Source: a virus
Lineage: Duplodnaviria > Caudoviricetes
Length of the DNA: 52,448 bases
Strand: one strand, 5' to 3'
IMG/VR virus record: IMGVR_UViG_3300036852_000332
Location: 1-52,448 of that record
Shown: piece by piece, positions 27,237-35,941 of the stretch
Layout of the letters: each line of letters opens with the position of its first letter
Position numbering within the stretch: position 1 is the first letter of the stretch
Position numbers and translations under genes: made by a program
The notes under the pieces: model-generated
The model's database searches: none
What the model was told of the DNA's origin: nothing
Seen by the model: the letters and a program-made list of their open reading frames with translations, nothing else

Positions 27237-27249
27237 AGTAGGCGGCCAG

Positions 27250-28371
27250 ATGCTCCCGGTCTCCGACGACTTCACCGCCCGCTGCGGAACCGACCACACC
27301 CTGGTCACCACCGTCCACGTCCTCCAAAACGACGCCGAGGTCCAACAGCTCGACGCCACCCTCGCCGGCTCGGTGACCCGCGAACGCAACGTCGACATCC
27401 GCTCCACCATCGACCTGCAGCTGGTCGACCGGGACGGCACCTTGACCCCCACCAGCCCGTCGCACCTGCTCGCGCCGCTGGGCAACGGCATCCGGGTCCG
27501 CACCGGCGTCACCTGGGACGACGGCCGCGACCCGGAGCTGGTGGCGGTGTTCACCGGCCGGCTTGGCGACTCGGGCGGGACCTGGCCGGAGGTGCCGCTG
27601 AAGGCGTTCGACCGGATGCGTGACCTGGCCCGGCAGGGGTTCACCCTGCCGATGTTCATCCCCCCGGGCACGAGGTACGACGCCGCGATCGAGCAGGTCA
27701 TCAACGGCCTGCTGCCCAGCCCCGACGTCAACTTCGCCTCGAGCGACTTCTTGGTGCCGGCCGGGGGCTTGACGTTCATGGAGGGCGACAACCCGGCGCA
27801 GAAGGTCCGCGAGATGGCGCAGTCGATCGGCCAGGTCATCTACGCGGACACGCTCGGCGTCTTCCGGATGCACGCCGAGCCGGACCCGCAGGACGCCCCG
27901 GTGGTGTGGTCGTTCGCCGACGACGACGGTTCGGTGATCGAGGACAAGGGCGTCGACGCGCCCTGGTCCGACGGCGACTCCTACTCGGTGGTCGTGTGCC
28001 GCGGGGAGAACCTCACCAACGGCGCGGTGGTCGTCGGGGTGGCGGAGGACACCGACGTGACCTCACCGACGTACGTGGGCCGGTTCGGCCGGGTCGTCTA
28101 CCCCATGACCAGCCCTTATGTGGCGACGAACGCGCAGGCGGTCGCGGCCGCGCAAGCCCGGCTGCAGCTCGTGAAGGGCATCGCCAGGAAGGTCGTCCTG
28201 CGGTGCCTGCCGCTGCCGTTCCTCGACGCCGGCGACTGCGTCCACCTCAGCTACAGCCGCTCGGGCATTAACGCGAACTTCGTCATCGACCGGCTCACGT
28301 TGCCGCTCGGCGCCAAGGGCGGCGCGATGGAACTGACGCTCAGGGCGAGGCAGGAGCTGCCCGACCAGTAG
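27250..28371 (+). CDS. minor tail protein (Tal/DUF5047-like)
   Basis: LAPLGNGI, Y.VVV.RGE, SPTY..RFGRV and P.LDAGD motifs. Confidence 0.8.
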   Translation: MLPVSDDFTARCGTDHTLVTTVHVLQNDAEVQQLDATLAGSVTRERNVDIRSTIDLQLVDRDGTLTPTSPSHLLAPLGNGIRVRTGVTWDDGRDPELVAVFTGRLGDSGGTWPEVPLKAFDRMRDLARQGFTLPMFIPPGTRYDAAIEQVINGLLPSPDVNFASSDFLVPAGGLTFMEGDNPAQKVREMAQSIGQVIYADTLGVFRMHAEPDPQDAPVVWSFADDDGSVIEDKGVDAPWSDGDSYSVVVCRGENLTNGAVVVGVAEDTDVTSPTYVGRFGRVVYPMTSPYVATNAQAVAAAQARLQLVKGIARKVVLRCLPLPFLDAGDCVHLSYSRSGINANFVIDRLTLPLGAKGGAMELTLRARQELPDQ

Positions 28372-28645
28372 CAGCCCGGTAGCGGATGACCTCGACGGCG
28401 GGTAGGTGCCGCATCGGGATCGTCCGGGTGACGCTGGCAACCTTGCCGGTCCCGTCCTCGCGGTAGCGGAACCCGTCGCGGCGCAGCCACAGGTCGACCA
28501 CCATGTGGACTGGCCCCTCCCACGACCCGGCGCCGTGGACCGACTGCGGCGTCCAGGTGACCCGGATCTCGGAGCAGTCGTCCGGTTCGATGTCGTGGGC
28601 GCGCAGCCACTGCTCGAACTCGGGCCAGAACACGCCGTCGCTCAT
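28340..28645 (-). CDS. antisense hypothetical protein, probably leaderless
   Basis: TATCCT 6 nt before ATG; WLRAH.I.P pattern. Confidence 0.65.
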   Translation of the reverse strand: MSDGVFWPEFEQWLRAHDIEPDDCSEIRVTWTPQSVHGAGSWEGPVHMVVDLWLRRDGFRYREDGTGKVASVTRTIPMRHLPAVEVIRYRAATGRAAPASP

Positions 28646-28665
28646 GGCGGGAGGATAGCGCGCCA

Positions 28666-29340
28666 GTGAAAGAGGCGATGCGCAGGCTCGGCAATCAGCT
28701 CCGCCCCAAGACCGCCCTCCCCGCGCAGCTCACCCACGGCACCGTCACCGCGATCGACACCGGCACCAACACCATCTCCGTCGACCTCGGCGACCCCGCC
28801 AACCCGTCCACGAACGTTCCGGTCCTCCCCGGCTACTACCCGACCGTCGGCGACTTCATCCTGCTGCACAAGATGGGGCCGTATCTCGTCGCGGCCGGGC
28901 CGGCGTCGCCGGTCACCGCGCCCGCGGGCGGGTACGAGGTGCTGCAGCTCACCGAGTGGACGGCCAATTCGACCACGTTCGGTGGCTCGGAGACCGACCT
29001 GTTTGTCCCCGGCGCCGGCGTCACGGTCCCGGCGAACCACTACTTCCGGGTCTCGTTCACGTGGCGGTCGGTCTCGATCGACGCCACCGAGGCGTTGGAG
29101 TTGCGGATCGTCGAGGCCGGCGTCGCGCAACGCCAGGCCGTCTCGCTGAAGCCGCCGGCCGCGAACGTCGGCTCGGAGGGCGCTTCGATGTTCTACGCCG
29201 CGGTCAACGGCGCAAGCCCCCTGTCGGCCACCTACAAGGTCAAGGGCCAGCGCACGACCGGCGCCGCCGGGACCGCCGTGGTGCATGCCGCGGCGACGTA
29301 CCCCGCGCAGCTGCTCGTCGAGGACCTGGGATCGATCTAG
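28666..29340 (+). CDS. minor tail protein
   Basis: GTV.AI...OB-like Y.PTVGD N-terminus; C-terminal LLVEDLG. Confidence 0.75.
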   Translation: MKEAMRRLGNQLRPKTALPAQLTHGTVTAIDTGTNTISVDLGDPANPSTNVPVLPGYYPTVGDFILLHKMGPYLVAAGPASPVTAPAGGYEVLQLTEWTANSTTFGGSETDLFVPGAGVTVPANHYFRVSFTWRSVSIDATEALELRIVEAGVAQRQAVSLKPPAANVGSEGASMFYAAVNGASPLSATYKVKGQRTTGAAGTAVVHAAATYPAQLLVEDLGSI

Positions 29341-29350
29341 GAGGATTCGC

Positions 29351-29662
29351 ATGGCCGGCAAGGACGTCACCGCGGCCGACATCGCCCGGCAGGTCGCCGC
29401 CATCGCGATCCGCGCGGCGATCCTCGACGAGCACGTCCGCACGGTGAAACGGTTCATGGACACCAAATCGGTCTCAGACCTGAGCGGCCAGTACAACATC
29501 ACCACCGACGACGGCAACCTCTACAAGACCGTCGTCGCTGAGCTCGGCACGCTCATGGCGGTCTACCGCGGCGAGGTGGCGCAGACCCCCGCCCACGACT
29601 TCCGCGTGTTCTGCGATCAGGTGAGCGGCCTCGGCGTCGCCGAGCAGTTCCGCCAGCAGTAG
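29351..29662 (+). CDS. hypothetical protein (tail-associated)
   Basis: AGGAGG RBS, ATG 29351. Confidence 0.7.
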   Translation: MAGKDVTAADIARQVAAIAIRAAILDEHVRTVKRFMDTKSVSDLSGQYNITTDDGNLYKTVVAELGTLMAVYRGEVAQTPAHDFRVFCDQVSGLGVAEQFRQQ

Positions 29663-29712
29663 CCCGCACGCCCAGCGCCCTTCCCCCGAGGGCCTCTACC
29701 CTCGGGAGCACC

Positions 29713-29985
29713 ATGCGCCTCGCCCTGCTCACCGCCGCCGCCTCAAGCGTCCTGGCGCAGGCCACGCCGGGGGTCCCTGACGAGGTCGGCCGCTGGCTGA
29801 ACTACGGCACGCTCGGTCTGCTCACGATCGGCTGGCTCTCGGGGAAGATCCGAAGGGGCGCCGACTACGACCAGCTCCGCGCCGAGAACGACCGGCTGCG
29901 GCAGGTGTTCGAGGACCGGGTCCTGCCGGCCCTGATCAAGACCAATGAGCTGGTGTCCCGCCTCGCCGAAGAGCGGAGGCCGTGA
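29713..29985 (+). CDS. membrane protein, holin-like
   Basis: Hydrophobic segments followed by a coiled coil; start of the lysis region. Confidence 0.55.
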   Translation: MRLALLTAAASSVLAQATPGVPDEVGRWLNYGTLGLLTIGWLSGKIRRGADYDQLRAENDRLRQVFEDRVLPALIKTNELVSRLAEERRP

Positions 29986-29989
29986 GGGC

Positions 29990-30409
29990 ATGACCAAGGC
30001 CGCCCTGTGCGTCGCCTGCTGGGACATCGTCTCGCCCCGAAGGGCATGGCAGACGGATCGTTCCTGGCGCTGGTGCGAGTGCGGCCACACGGGCGTTCGC
30101 TGGCGGGACGGCGCCAAGGGGCTGGTGGAGGTCACCTCCCTCCACGGGGCCGAGGGCGTCCACGTGCTCGGCCTGAACAACCTGTTCCTCACGTCAGCGA
30201 TCCAGATGAGCCGTGCCGGGCTGACGTTCGAGGAGTGGCGGCACCTGCACGAGCTGACCAGCGAGCGGGTCGAGCCGCACTACCTCTTCCACGCCGACAA
30301 GCGCAACTGCTGGGCGCTAGTCGTCCGCCCGTCCGAGAGCAGCGACGTCTCCTTCATCGAATATGGCACCGCGAAACGGGACAACCTCACCGGAAGCGGG
30401 GCATCCTGA
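29990..30409 (+). CDS. hypothetical Zn-binding protein
   Basis: CVAC...W.WCECG motif. Confidence 0.65.
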   Translation: MTKAALCVACWDIVSPRRAWQTDRSWRWCECGHTGVRWRDGAKGLVEVTSLHGAEGVHVLGLNNLFLTSAIQMSRAGLTFEEWRHLHELTSERVEPHYLFHADKRNCWALVVRPSESSDVSFIEYGTAKRDNLTGSGAS

Positions 30410-30594
30410 TGCGCTGGCCGTGGCAGGCCGAGACCGAGAAGATCACAGCGTCCCGGGTCCTTGTCGCGCGGGCCGAACGGCTCACCGAACGGCTCGAACA
30501 GGCCGTCGCACGGCTCGAACAGGCCATCGAACAGGACGGGGGGGAGGGCGGTGACGCTGAGTGGCGGACCGGGCCGAGCGGCATCGTTCGCTGA
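30409..30594 (+). CDS. small coiled-coil protein
   Basis: TGATG coupling; MRWPW start. Confidence 0.55.
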   Translation: MRWPWQAETEKITASRVLVARAERLTERLEQAVARLEQAIEQDGGEGGDAEWRTGPSGIVR

Positions 30595-30970
30595 GCTGGT
30601 CAAGGTCGTCGAGACGTTGCGCGACGAGGTCAAAGGCCTCCGCCGCGACCTGGTGCCGCGCAAGGCGCTGCGGAGGCAGTGGCGGATCGCCGCAGCCCTA
30701 GTCGTCCTCGGCCTGGTCGTGACGTTCGCTGGCGGTGTCGTGACCCGCAACCTGACCCTGGCGGCGTTCCGCCGTGACGTGGTGACATGCTTCCTGCAGC
30801 CGGCACGGCTGACCGAACGGACTGCGGCGGCGTGCGCGCGCAAGTTCGCGATCCATGACGAATACCGGGAGCAGCAGGCCGCCGGCCGGGCGCGGCTGGC
30901 GGAGTACGAGCGGCTGAAGCAGCGCGTCGCCCAGCTCGAAGCCGAGGTCGCCAAGCTGGAAAAGAAATAG
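30551..30970 (+). CDS. membrane protein (lysis cassette)
   Basis: One TM helix flanked by coiled coils, with two Cys. Confidence 0.65.
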   Translation: MTLSGGPGRAASFAELVKVVETLRDEVKGLRRDLVPRKALRRQWRIAAALVVLGLVVTFAGGVVTRNLTLAAFRRDVVTCFLQPARLTERTAAACARKFAIHDEYREQQAAGRARLAEYERLKQRVAQLEAEVAKLEKK

Positions 30971-30982
30971 CCGCTGACCTGC

Positions 30983-31069
30983 TAGAATAACCCTAAAGAG
31001 CGGCCCCGGCGTGTAGTGAGCACCCGGGGCCTGGCCGACACGAACGGAGCGTGCCGAGCATGGCCGAGC
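30983..31069 (+). promoter_or_regulatory. HNH-gene leader, copy 3 (-10 TAGAAT plus two hairpins)
   Basis: GGCCCCGG/CCGGGGCC stem; 38 nt identical to 16231-16268. Confidence 0.75.
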
Positions 31070-31656
31070 GTACCTGTTCGATCCCTGGTTGCGACAGAAC
31101 CGTCATCGCGCGTGATCGCTGCAGTACCCACTACTGGCACTGGTGGAAAGTCAACCGCGACATCGCGGCGATGCCCTCGGTAGAAGAGCGATTCTGGTCG
31201 AAGGTCCGCAAGACCGAGACGTGCTGGCTGTGGATGGCCACCAGGAACAACCAGGGCTACGGCGAGTTCTGGGTCGCCGCCGCAGGCAAGAAGGTTCTGG
31301 CCCACCGGTTCGCCTACGAGCTGCTGGTCGGGTCGATTCCCGAGGGCTTGACGCTTGATCACGTCCGGGCGAACGGCTGCACATCGCATGCTTGTGTGAA
31401 GGCCATCGCCGATGAGCATGGCCTACCGCATCTGGAGCCAGTCACCGAGCGGGAGAACATCCTACGCAGCGACAGCTTCAGCGCGCGGAACGCTCGTAAG
31501 ACGCATTGCCCGGCTGGTCATCCCTACGATGAAGTCAACACCTATGTCAGCCGACAGGGCGGTCGCAACTGCCGGACTTGCCACCGGCAGCAGGAACGGG
31601 ATCGCAGGCACCGCCGGATCGAGGACGAGCTGTTCAAGCTGAAGGGCAGGCCGTGA
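31051..31656 (+). CDS. free-standing HNH homing endonuclease
   Basis: ERFWSKV, CWLW, AHRFAY, LDH, HLEPVT.REN and KTHCPAGH...CRTC. Confidence 0.92.
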   Translation: MPSMAERTCSIPGCDRTVIARDRCSTHYWHWWKVNRDIAAMPSVEERFWSKVRKTETCWLWMATRNNQGYGEFWVAAAGKKVLAHRFAYELLVGSIPEGLTLDHVRANGCTSHACVKAIADEHGLPHLEPVTERENILRSDSFSARNARKTHCPAGHPYDEVNTYVSRQGGRNCRTCHRQQERDRRHRRIEDELFKLKGRP

Positions 31657-32567
31657 TCTTCGGCGTCGACTACTCCGCTGGCGTCCCCGCCGTCGCTGCG
31701 CTGCAGGCCGCCGGCGTGCAGTTCGTCGCCCGCTACGTCAGCCCCGGCGACCGCAGGAAGGACCTGACCCGCGCCGAGGCCGACACCGTTCGCGGCGCCG
31801 GCATCCAGGTCGTGACCGTGTACGAGGACACCGTCGGGGACGCCCGGGGCGGCCGCCTCGCCGGCGTGGCCAACGCACGCTTCGTCAACGCCGAGCTGCC
31901 CCGGCTCGGCGCGCCGCCGGGGGCGCCGTGCTATTTCGCGGTCGACTTCGACGCCCAAGGCGCCGAGGTCCAAACCGCGATCGCCTACGTCCAGGGCGCC
32001 GCCTCGATCCTCGGCCTCGAGCGGACCGGAGTGTACGGCGGCTACTGGGTCGTCAAGGCGTGCCTGGACGCCGGGGCGTGCACGTATGCCTGGCAGACGG
32101 TCGCCTGGTCGGACGGCTGGTGGGACCCGCGGGCGCAGCTGCGGCAGCGCAACGGGCAGCTCATGGTCGGCGGGATCGAATGCGACCGCGACTACGCCCT
32201 GACGGCCGACTACGGCCAGTGGAACCCAGAGGAGGCCGACATGCCGCTGACCGAAGCCGAGTGGGAACGCCTGGGCAAGCTCGTCGACGCGAAGGTCAAG
32301 GCTCACACCGACCGGATCTACGGGCTGATCTACCGCGGCGACGCCGGCGAGCCGGACGCCCACCCGGCCAACCTCGAACAGATCCGCAAGGAACTGGGCG
32401 AGGATACCGCCGACGTCCTCACCGCCGTCAGGGCTGGCGCCACCCTGTCTGACGCCCAGGTCGAGCTGCTCGCCGGGCTGGTCGCCGCCAAGCTCGAGGT
32501 CGCTGGCCACCCTGCCTACGAGGGCGAGGCGCTCATCTCGATCCGGCCGAAGGAGGCTACGCCATGA
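31653..32567 (+). CDS. endolysin, DUF1906/GH25-like glycoside hydrolase
   Basis: GVDYS, FVARY, KDLT..E, YFAVDFD, GVYG and AWQT.AWS motifs; GTGA overlap. Confidence 0.85.
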   Translation: MIFGVDYSAGVPAVAALQAAGVQFVARYVSPGDRRKDLTRAEADTVRGAGIQVVTVYEDTVGDARGGRLAGVANARFVNAELPRLGAPPGAPCYFAVDFDAQGAEVQTAIAYVQGAASILGLERTGVYGGYWVVKACLDAGACTYAWQTVAWSDGWWDPRAQLRQRNGQLMVGGIECDRDYALTADYGQWNPEEADMPLTEAEWERLGKLVDAKVKAHTDRIYGLIYRGDAGEPDAHPANLEQIRKELGEDTADVLTAVRAGATLSDAQVELLAGLVAAKLEVAGHPAYEGEALISIRPKEATP

Positions 32568-32803
32568 ATACGATCAGCCGCTACAAGAAGGCTCTGGCCG
32601 CCCTGGTCGTCGGCGTGGCGGCCGCGCTGGCGCTATTGCCGACCGACGCCGACCCGCGCCTGCTGGCCCTGATCCCGGTCGCGAACCTCCTGGCGGTCGC
32701 GCTCGCGCCCCGCAACGCCGACCCGCCGACGGGGATGATCGAGAACGTCCGGCGGCCGACGACGTACCGGCCTGTCCGGCGGCCCGGCGACCCGCTCGAG
32801 TAG
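32564..32803 (+). CDS. holin
   Basis: RY.KAL.A followed by two short TM segments and P.N; follows the lysin. Confidence 0.7.
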   Translation: MNTISRYKKALAALVVGVAAALALLPTDADPRLLALIPVANLLAVALAPRNADPPTGMIENVRRPTTYRPVRRPGDPLE

Positions 32804-32924
32804 TCTTCGTCCGTGCGGCAGGGTGCCCGGGAAATATGGTGAATACCCGGGAACGCGCGGGTCGCCTCGCTCTGTTCTGCGCCTTGAGGTCCGCGCGGGT
32901 ACGACCCCTGCCGCACCTCGCTCC

Positions 32925-33173
32925 TCAGCGACGGCCCAAGCACGAGCGGCAGTACCCCTCCGCGGCGACGGCCTCGACGGCCGCGTCGCGCAGCAGGTCC
33001 GAGACCGTGGTGCACTTCCGGCTGGCGACGTCCCGGAGCGCCGCGGCGAGGGCGGGTTCGAGGCGGACGGAGACCATCTCGCCGAGGCGGCGCGGTCCGG
33101 CGGGCTGGCCGGAGCCTTCGACGACCTCGCCGGCGTGCCGCTGGGCGGTCTCGCGGCGTTCGGTCTCGCTCAC
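32925..33173 (-). CDS. ribbon-helix-helix DNA-binding protein
   Basis: MVSVRL.P.L...L...A......VSDLLR.A. Confidence 0.75.
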   Translation of the reverse strand: MSETERRETAQRHAGEVVEGSGQPAGPRRLGEMVSVRLEPALAAALRDVASRKCTTVSDLLRDAAVEAVAAEGYCRSCLGRR

Positions 33174-33502
33174 CGGCCCAGCGCGGCAGCGAGGCGGCAG
33201 CCTTCAGCGTGGGGCTGCTGGCCGACGGCGGGGCTGTCGGCGAGCACGCCGCAGACCGGACAGGCGGGGTACTCCCGGCCGCCTTCGCAGTGCGTCCCGA
33301 GCCATTGCAGCTGGGCGAGCAGGCCCCGTAGGTGTCCGATCTCGGCGTGGCTCCGGTCGACCTCAGCGATCAGCCACCCAAGGTGACCGGCGAGCGCGGG
33401 CCACTTCTCGTGCCACAGCTCGCGGGCATGCAGCTCCTCGAACGTTGCCTTGATCTCGACGATCGTGTCCGCGCGGTGTGCCGCGCTTGGCCGCGCGCTC
33501 AC
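33170..33502 (-). CDS. hypothetical protein (Ead/Ea22-like helix plus Zn finger)
   Basis: WLIAEV.R; CPVC...H...C; GTGA coupling. Confidence 0.65.
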   Translation of the reverse strand: MSARPSAAHRADTIVEIKATFEELHARELWHEKWPALAGHLGWLIAEVDRSHAEIGHLRGLLAQLQWLGTHCEGGREYPACPVCGVLADSPAVGQQPHAEGCRLAAALGR

Positions 33503-33909
33503 TGCCGCGTCCTGATCGCTCGGGCGATGAAGCAGCCGGGGGAGTGCGGGCCGGGCTTCAGCACCCGGCATGCCGGGCAGATCGCCTGGGCGGGCGCGCC
33601 GGCCGCGTCGGCGGCGGCCCACTCGACCGCGGCCAGGTGGCCGCGCAGGTGGTCAATCTCGGCGTCGCGGTCGGCGAGAACCTCCGCCCCGGCTTGCGCC
33701 GTCGTACGCCATTCGTCGGCTTCGCCCCGCCACTGCTCGACCTCGGCGATCAGCCAGATGACCATCTGCTCCATCTCGGCCATTGGGGCACGCAACTCGA
33801 CGGGCTGCCAGTCGTTGTCCACCTCACGGGCGGCAACGGGATAGCGTGCCTTGATCTTGGGCAGCCGATCGGCCGTCCGTTCGCCGCTTGCTGCTGGTAG
33901 GTTTGCCAT
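33499..33909 (-). CDS. hypothetical protein, paralog of 33170-33502 and 46222-46587
   Basis: WLIAEV, AGAEVLADRDAE and CPAC...H...C. Confidence 0.7.
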   Translation of the reverse strand: MANLPAASGERTADRLPKIKARYPVAAREVDNDWQPVELRAPMAEMEQMVIWLIAEVEQWRGEADEWRTTAQAGAEVLADRDAEIDHLRGHLAAVEWAAADAAGAPAQAICPACRVLKPGPHSPGCFIARAIRTRQ

Positions 33910-34037
33910 GCCCACTCCCTTGCCTCTCGGTGGGCCGCCCGGTGATGGCTCGCGCCGCCGTCGCCGGGCACCTCCAAGGTCCGAGCGTATGCTTCGTACG
34001 CGACAGGGGCCAGATCATCTCTGCCCGGCACGACCAG

Positions 34038-34068
34038 CCCCGCCCTCACGCCGAGGGCGGGGTGTTTT
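34038..34068 (+). terminator. intrinsic terminator-like hairpin
   Basis: 10-bp stem CCCCGCCCTC/GAGGGCGGGG with 5-nt loop, followed by TGTTTT. Confidence 0.6.
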
Positions 34069-34348
34069 GCGTTTCCGGCCCATCGGATCCGGGCTGCTCC
34101 CACCAGACCCTACGTGGCCGTCCATCAGACAGGTGGAGAATCGGTTCGCTCTGATCCTTCGCCGCCGCCTCGTCCTCGGCGAGGACGAGCAGGCAATCAG
34201 GGCAATCAACCTCGCCCTCTTCGGGCTGCGGCTCCCCCGGTTTGACGTAGAGCCAGTTTCCGCGCAGGCCACACTTCGTGAGCGCCTGCCATCTGGTGTC
34301 CAGCACCGCGTGCTGGCGATCATCGAACCGGCGCTTGATCGTCTTCAC
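34046..34348 (-). CDS. hypothetical Zn-binding protein
   Basis: H...T.CG...DCPDC; GTGA coupling. Confidence 0.6.
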   Translation of the reverse strand: MKTIKRRFDDRQHAVLDTRWQALTKCGLRGNWLYVKPGEPQPEEGEVDCPDCLLVLAEDEAAAKDQSEPILHLSDGRPRRVWWEQPGSDGPETQNTPPSA

Positions 34349-34554
34349 GGGATCCGCCGCTCCGGCGGCGGGCCGACCAGCTCGGCGACCCGTGCCCGCA
34401 GCCGCTCGACCGCCCACGCCGGGATCGGCGACCGGTCGTCCGGGGCGTCACGCCACCGCTGCACGGTGGCCGGGGCGACACCGAGGAAGGTGGCCGTCTC
34501 GCGGACGGACAGGCCGGCGGCGGACTGCAACGCCTTGAACTCAGCACCGGTCAT
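34345..34554 (-). CDS. XRE-type HTH protein
   Basis: MT..EFK......GLS..E.A..LGV...TV.RW.....PIP. Confidence 0.8.
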   Translation of the reverse strand: MTGAEFKALQSAAGLSVRETATFLGVAPATVQRWRDAPDDRSPIPAWAVERLRARVAELVGPPPERRIP

Positions 34555-34730
34555 GCGGCACCGACCTTGCTGTGGGCCGTGCAGAATAGATCGCGGTCGA
34601 GTTCTGCCCGGTCGTCGGTGTAGACGTCACAGTCGGGGTGCTCGCAGAACCAGAAATCCGCAAGGCGGGCGCATGCTTCGTCGCGGACGTAGAGATCCGT
34701 GCTCGCTAGGTCCGAATCGTGGCGGATCAT
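34551..34730 (-). CDS. small Cys-rich hypothetical protein
   Basis: GGAGG RBS; CEHPDC...C..H. Confidence 0.6.
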   Translation of the reverse strand: MIRHDSDLASTDLYVRDEACARLADFWFCEHPDCDVYTDDRAELDRDLFCTAHSKVGAA

Positions 34731-34858
34731 CGGGTCACCTCCCTGCGGATCTCCCTGTGCGGGTAGGAGATCCAGTCCGCGTGCGAGGCGAGGCAGTCGT
34801 TGCAGGTGTCCCACTCGGTTCCGGTCGTGGCGCCGCGGCTGGTGCAGGCCCTGGCCAT
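34727..34858 (-). CDS. small Cys-containing peptide (43 aa)
   Basis: First ORF after the promoter; AGAGGGG RBS; ATGA coupling. Confidence 0.55.
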   Translation of the reverse strand: MARACTSRGATTGTEWDTCNDCLASHADWISYPHREIRREVTR

Positions 34859-34892
34859 CGGATTCCCCTCTGCTGTGCTCGTCTGTAGGTAC

Positions 34893-34921
34893 AGAGTACC
34901 CGCGAATGAGTACAGTGTCAA
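34893..34921 (-). promoter_or_regulatory. sigma70-type promoter TTGACA-N17-TACTCT
   Basis: Consensus -35 overlapping the integrase stop codon; exact 17-bp spacer. Confidence 0.85.
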
Positions 34922-35928
34922 GGGTGCCGCGCCGGCTCGGGGGAAGGCGAGCCGGCGCGGGGGTCGGGCAGCCCCTCGACCGCGTCCCACGCGTCGGCGT
35001 CGTAGGCCGACACGTAGCGCTGGGTGGTCTTCGGGTCGGCGTGGCCGAGCAGGTGCTGGACGGCATGGAGGTTCCGCCCGTGGCCAGCAGCGAGAACCTC
35101 GACCGCGAACGTGTGCCGCAACGCATGCGCCGACTCGGTGATTTGGGCCACCTTGAGCGCGGCGTTCAACTCCGCCCCGACCGTCTTGCGCGACAGGCCC
35201 CGGTCGGGGTGGGCATGCTGCGCAAGCACCGGCCCGAGGACTGGCCGGCCGGCCAGGGCCAGGTGGAGGATCTCGGCGACGAGCGAGGCCAGCGGCACCA
35301 CCCGCGGCCGGCCGCCCTTGCCGATCACGTCCAGGTGCGGGTGGTGGCCCAGGACCACGTGCTCGATCCGCAAGGACGCCATCTCGGCGACCCGCAACCC
35401 GGCGCCGTAGCCGAGCCAGACCTCCAGCCACACCCGCGGCGTTGGCGCGGCGGTCTCGAGCAGCCGGGCAATCAGGTCCAGGCCCAGGCTACGTGGCGGG
35501 CCCGGGTGGACCCTCGGCATGACCATGCCGGCGAACGGGTCGCGCCCCACGTGCCGAGTGGCATAGGCCCAACGGTAGAACGCGCGCACCGACGCGGCCT
35601 CCCGCGCCTTGGTCGAATCGGCCAGGTACGGGCCCCGTGAGTTGCCGCCGGGGACGGCGGGACGGGCCAGGAATCGGCGCAGGTCCCGTTCAGTCACGCG
35701 GCCGGGCTGCTTGCCGCAGTGCGCCCAGAACGCCCACAGACAACGGTGGTACTCCTCGAGGGTCCGTGGTGCGCGGGCGGCATCCTCAAGATGGGCGCGG
35801 TAGGCGGCCCACAGGCGCGCGCGCTGATCGGCAGGCACCGGGAGCCCCCCCAGGTCTCGGTCCTTTGCGGCCCCCGCCACCGAAGTGGGCACGCTAGCAA
35901 GGCGCCCGAAGGGCGCGGCACTGCTCAT
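34918..35928 (-). CDS. int: tyrosine integrase/recombinase (Xer-like)
   Basis: GLRVAE, GKGG, HALRH, LLGH and TQRY give the full R-K-H-R-H-Y catalytic set. Confidence 0.93.
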   Translation of the reverse strand: MSSAAPFGRLASVPTSVAGAAKDRDLGGLPVPADQRARLWAAYRAHLEDAARAPRTLEEYHRCLWAFWAHCGKQPGRVTERDLRRFLARPAVPGGNSRGPYLADSTKAREAASVRAFYRWAYATRHVGRDPFAGMVMPRVHPGPPRSLGLDLIARLLETAAPTPRVWLEVWLGYGAGLRVAEMASLRIEHVVLGHHPHLDVIGKGGRPRVVPLASLVAEILHLALAGRPVLGPVLAQHAHPDRGLSRKTVGAELNAALKVAQITESAHALRHTFAVEVLAAGHGRNLHAVQHLLGHADPKTTQRYVSAYDADAWDAVEGLPDPRAGSPSPEPARHP

Positions 35929-35941
35929 CGTCGTGTTCTAG

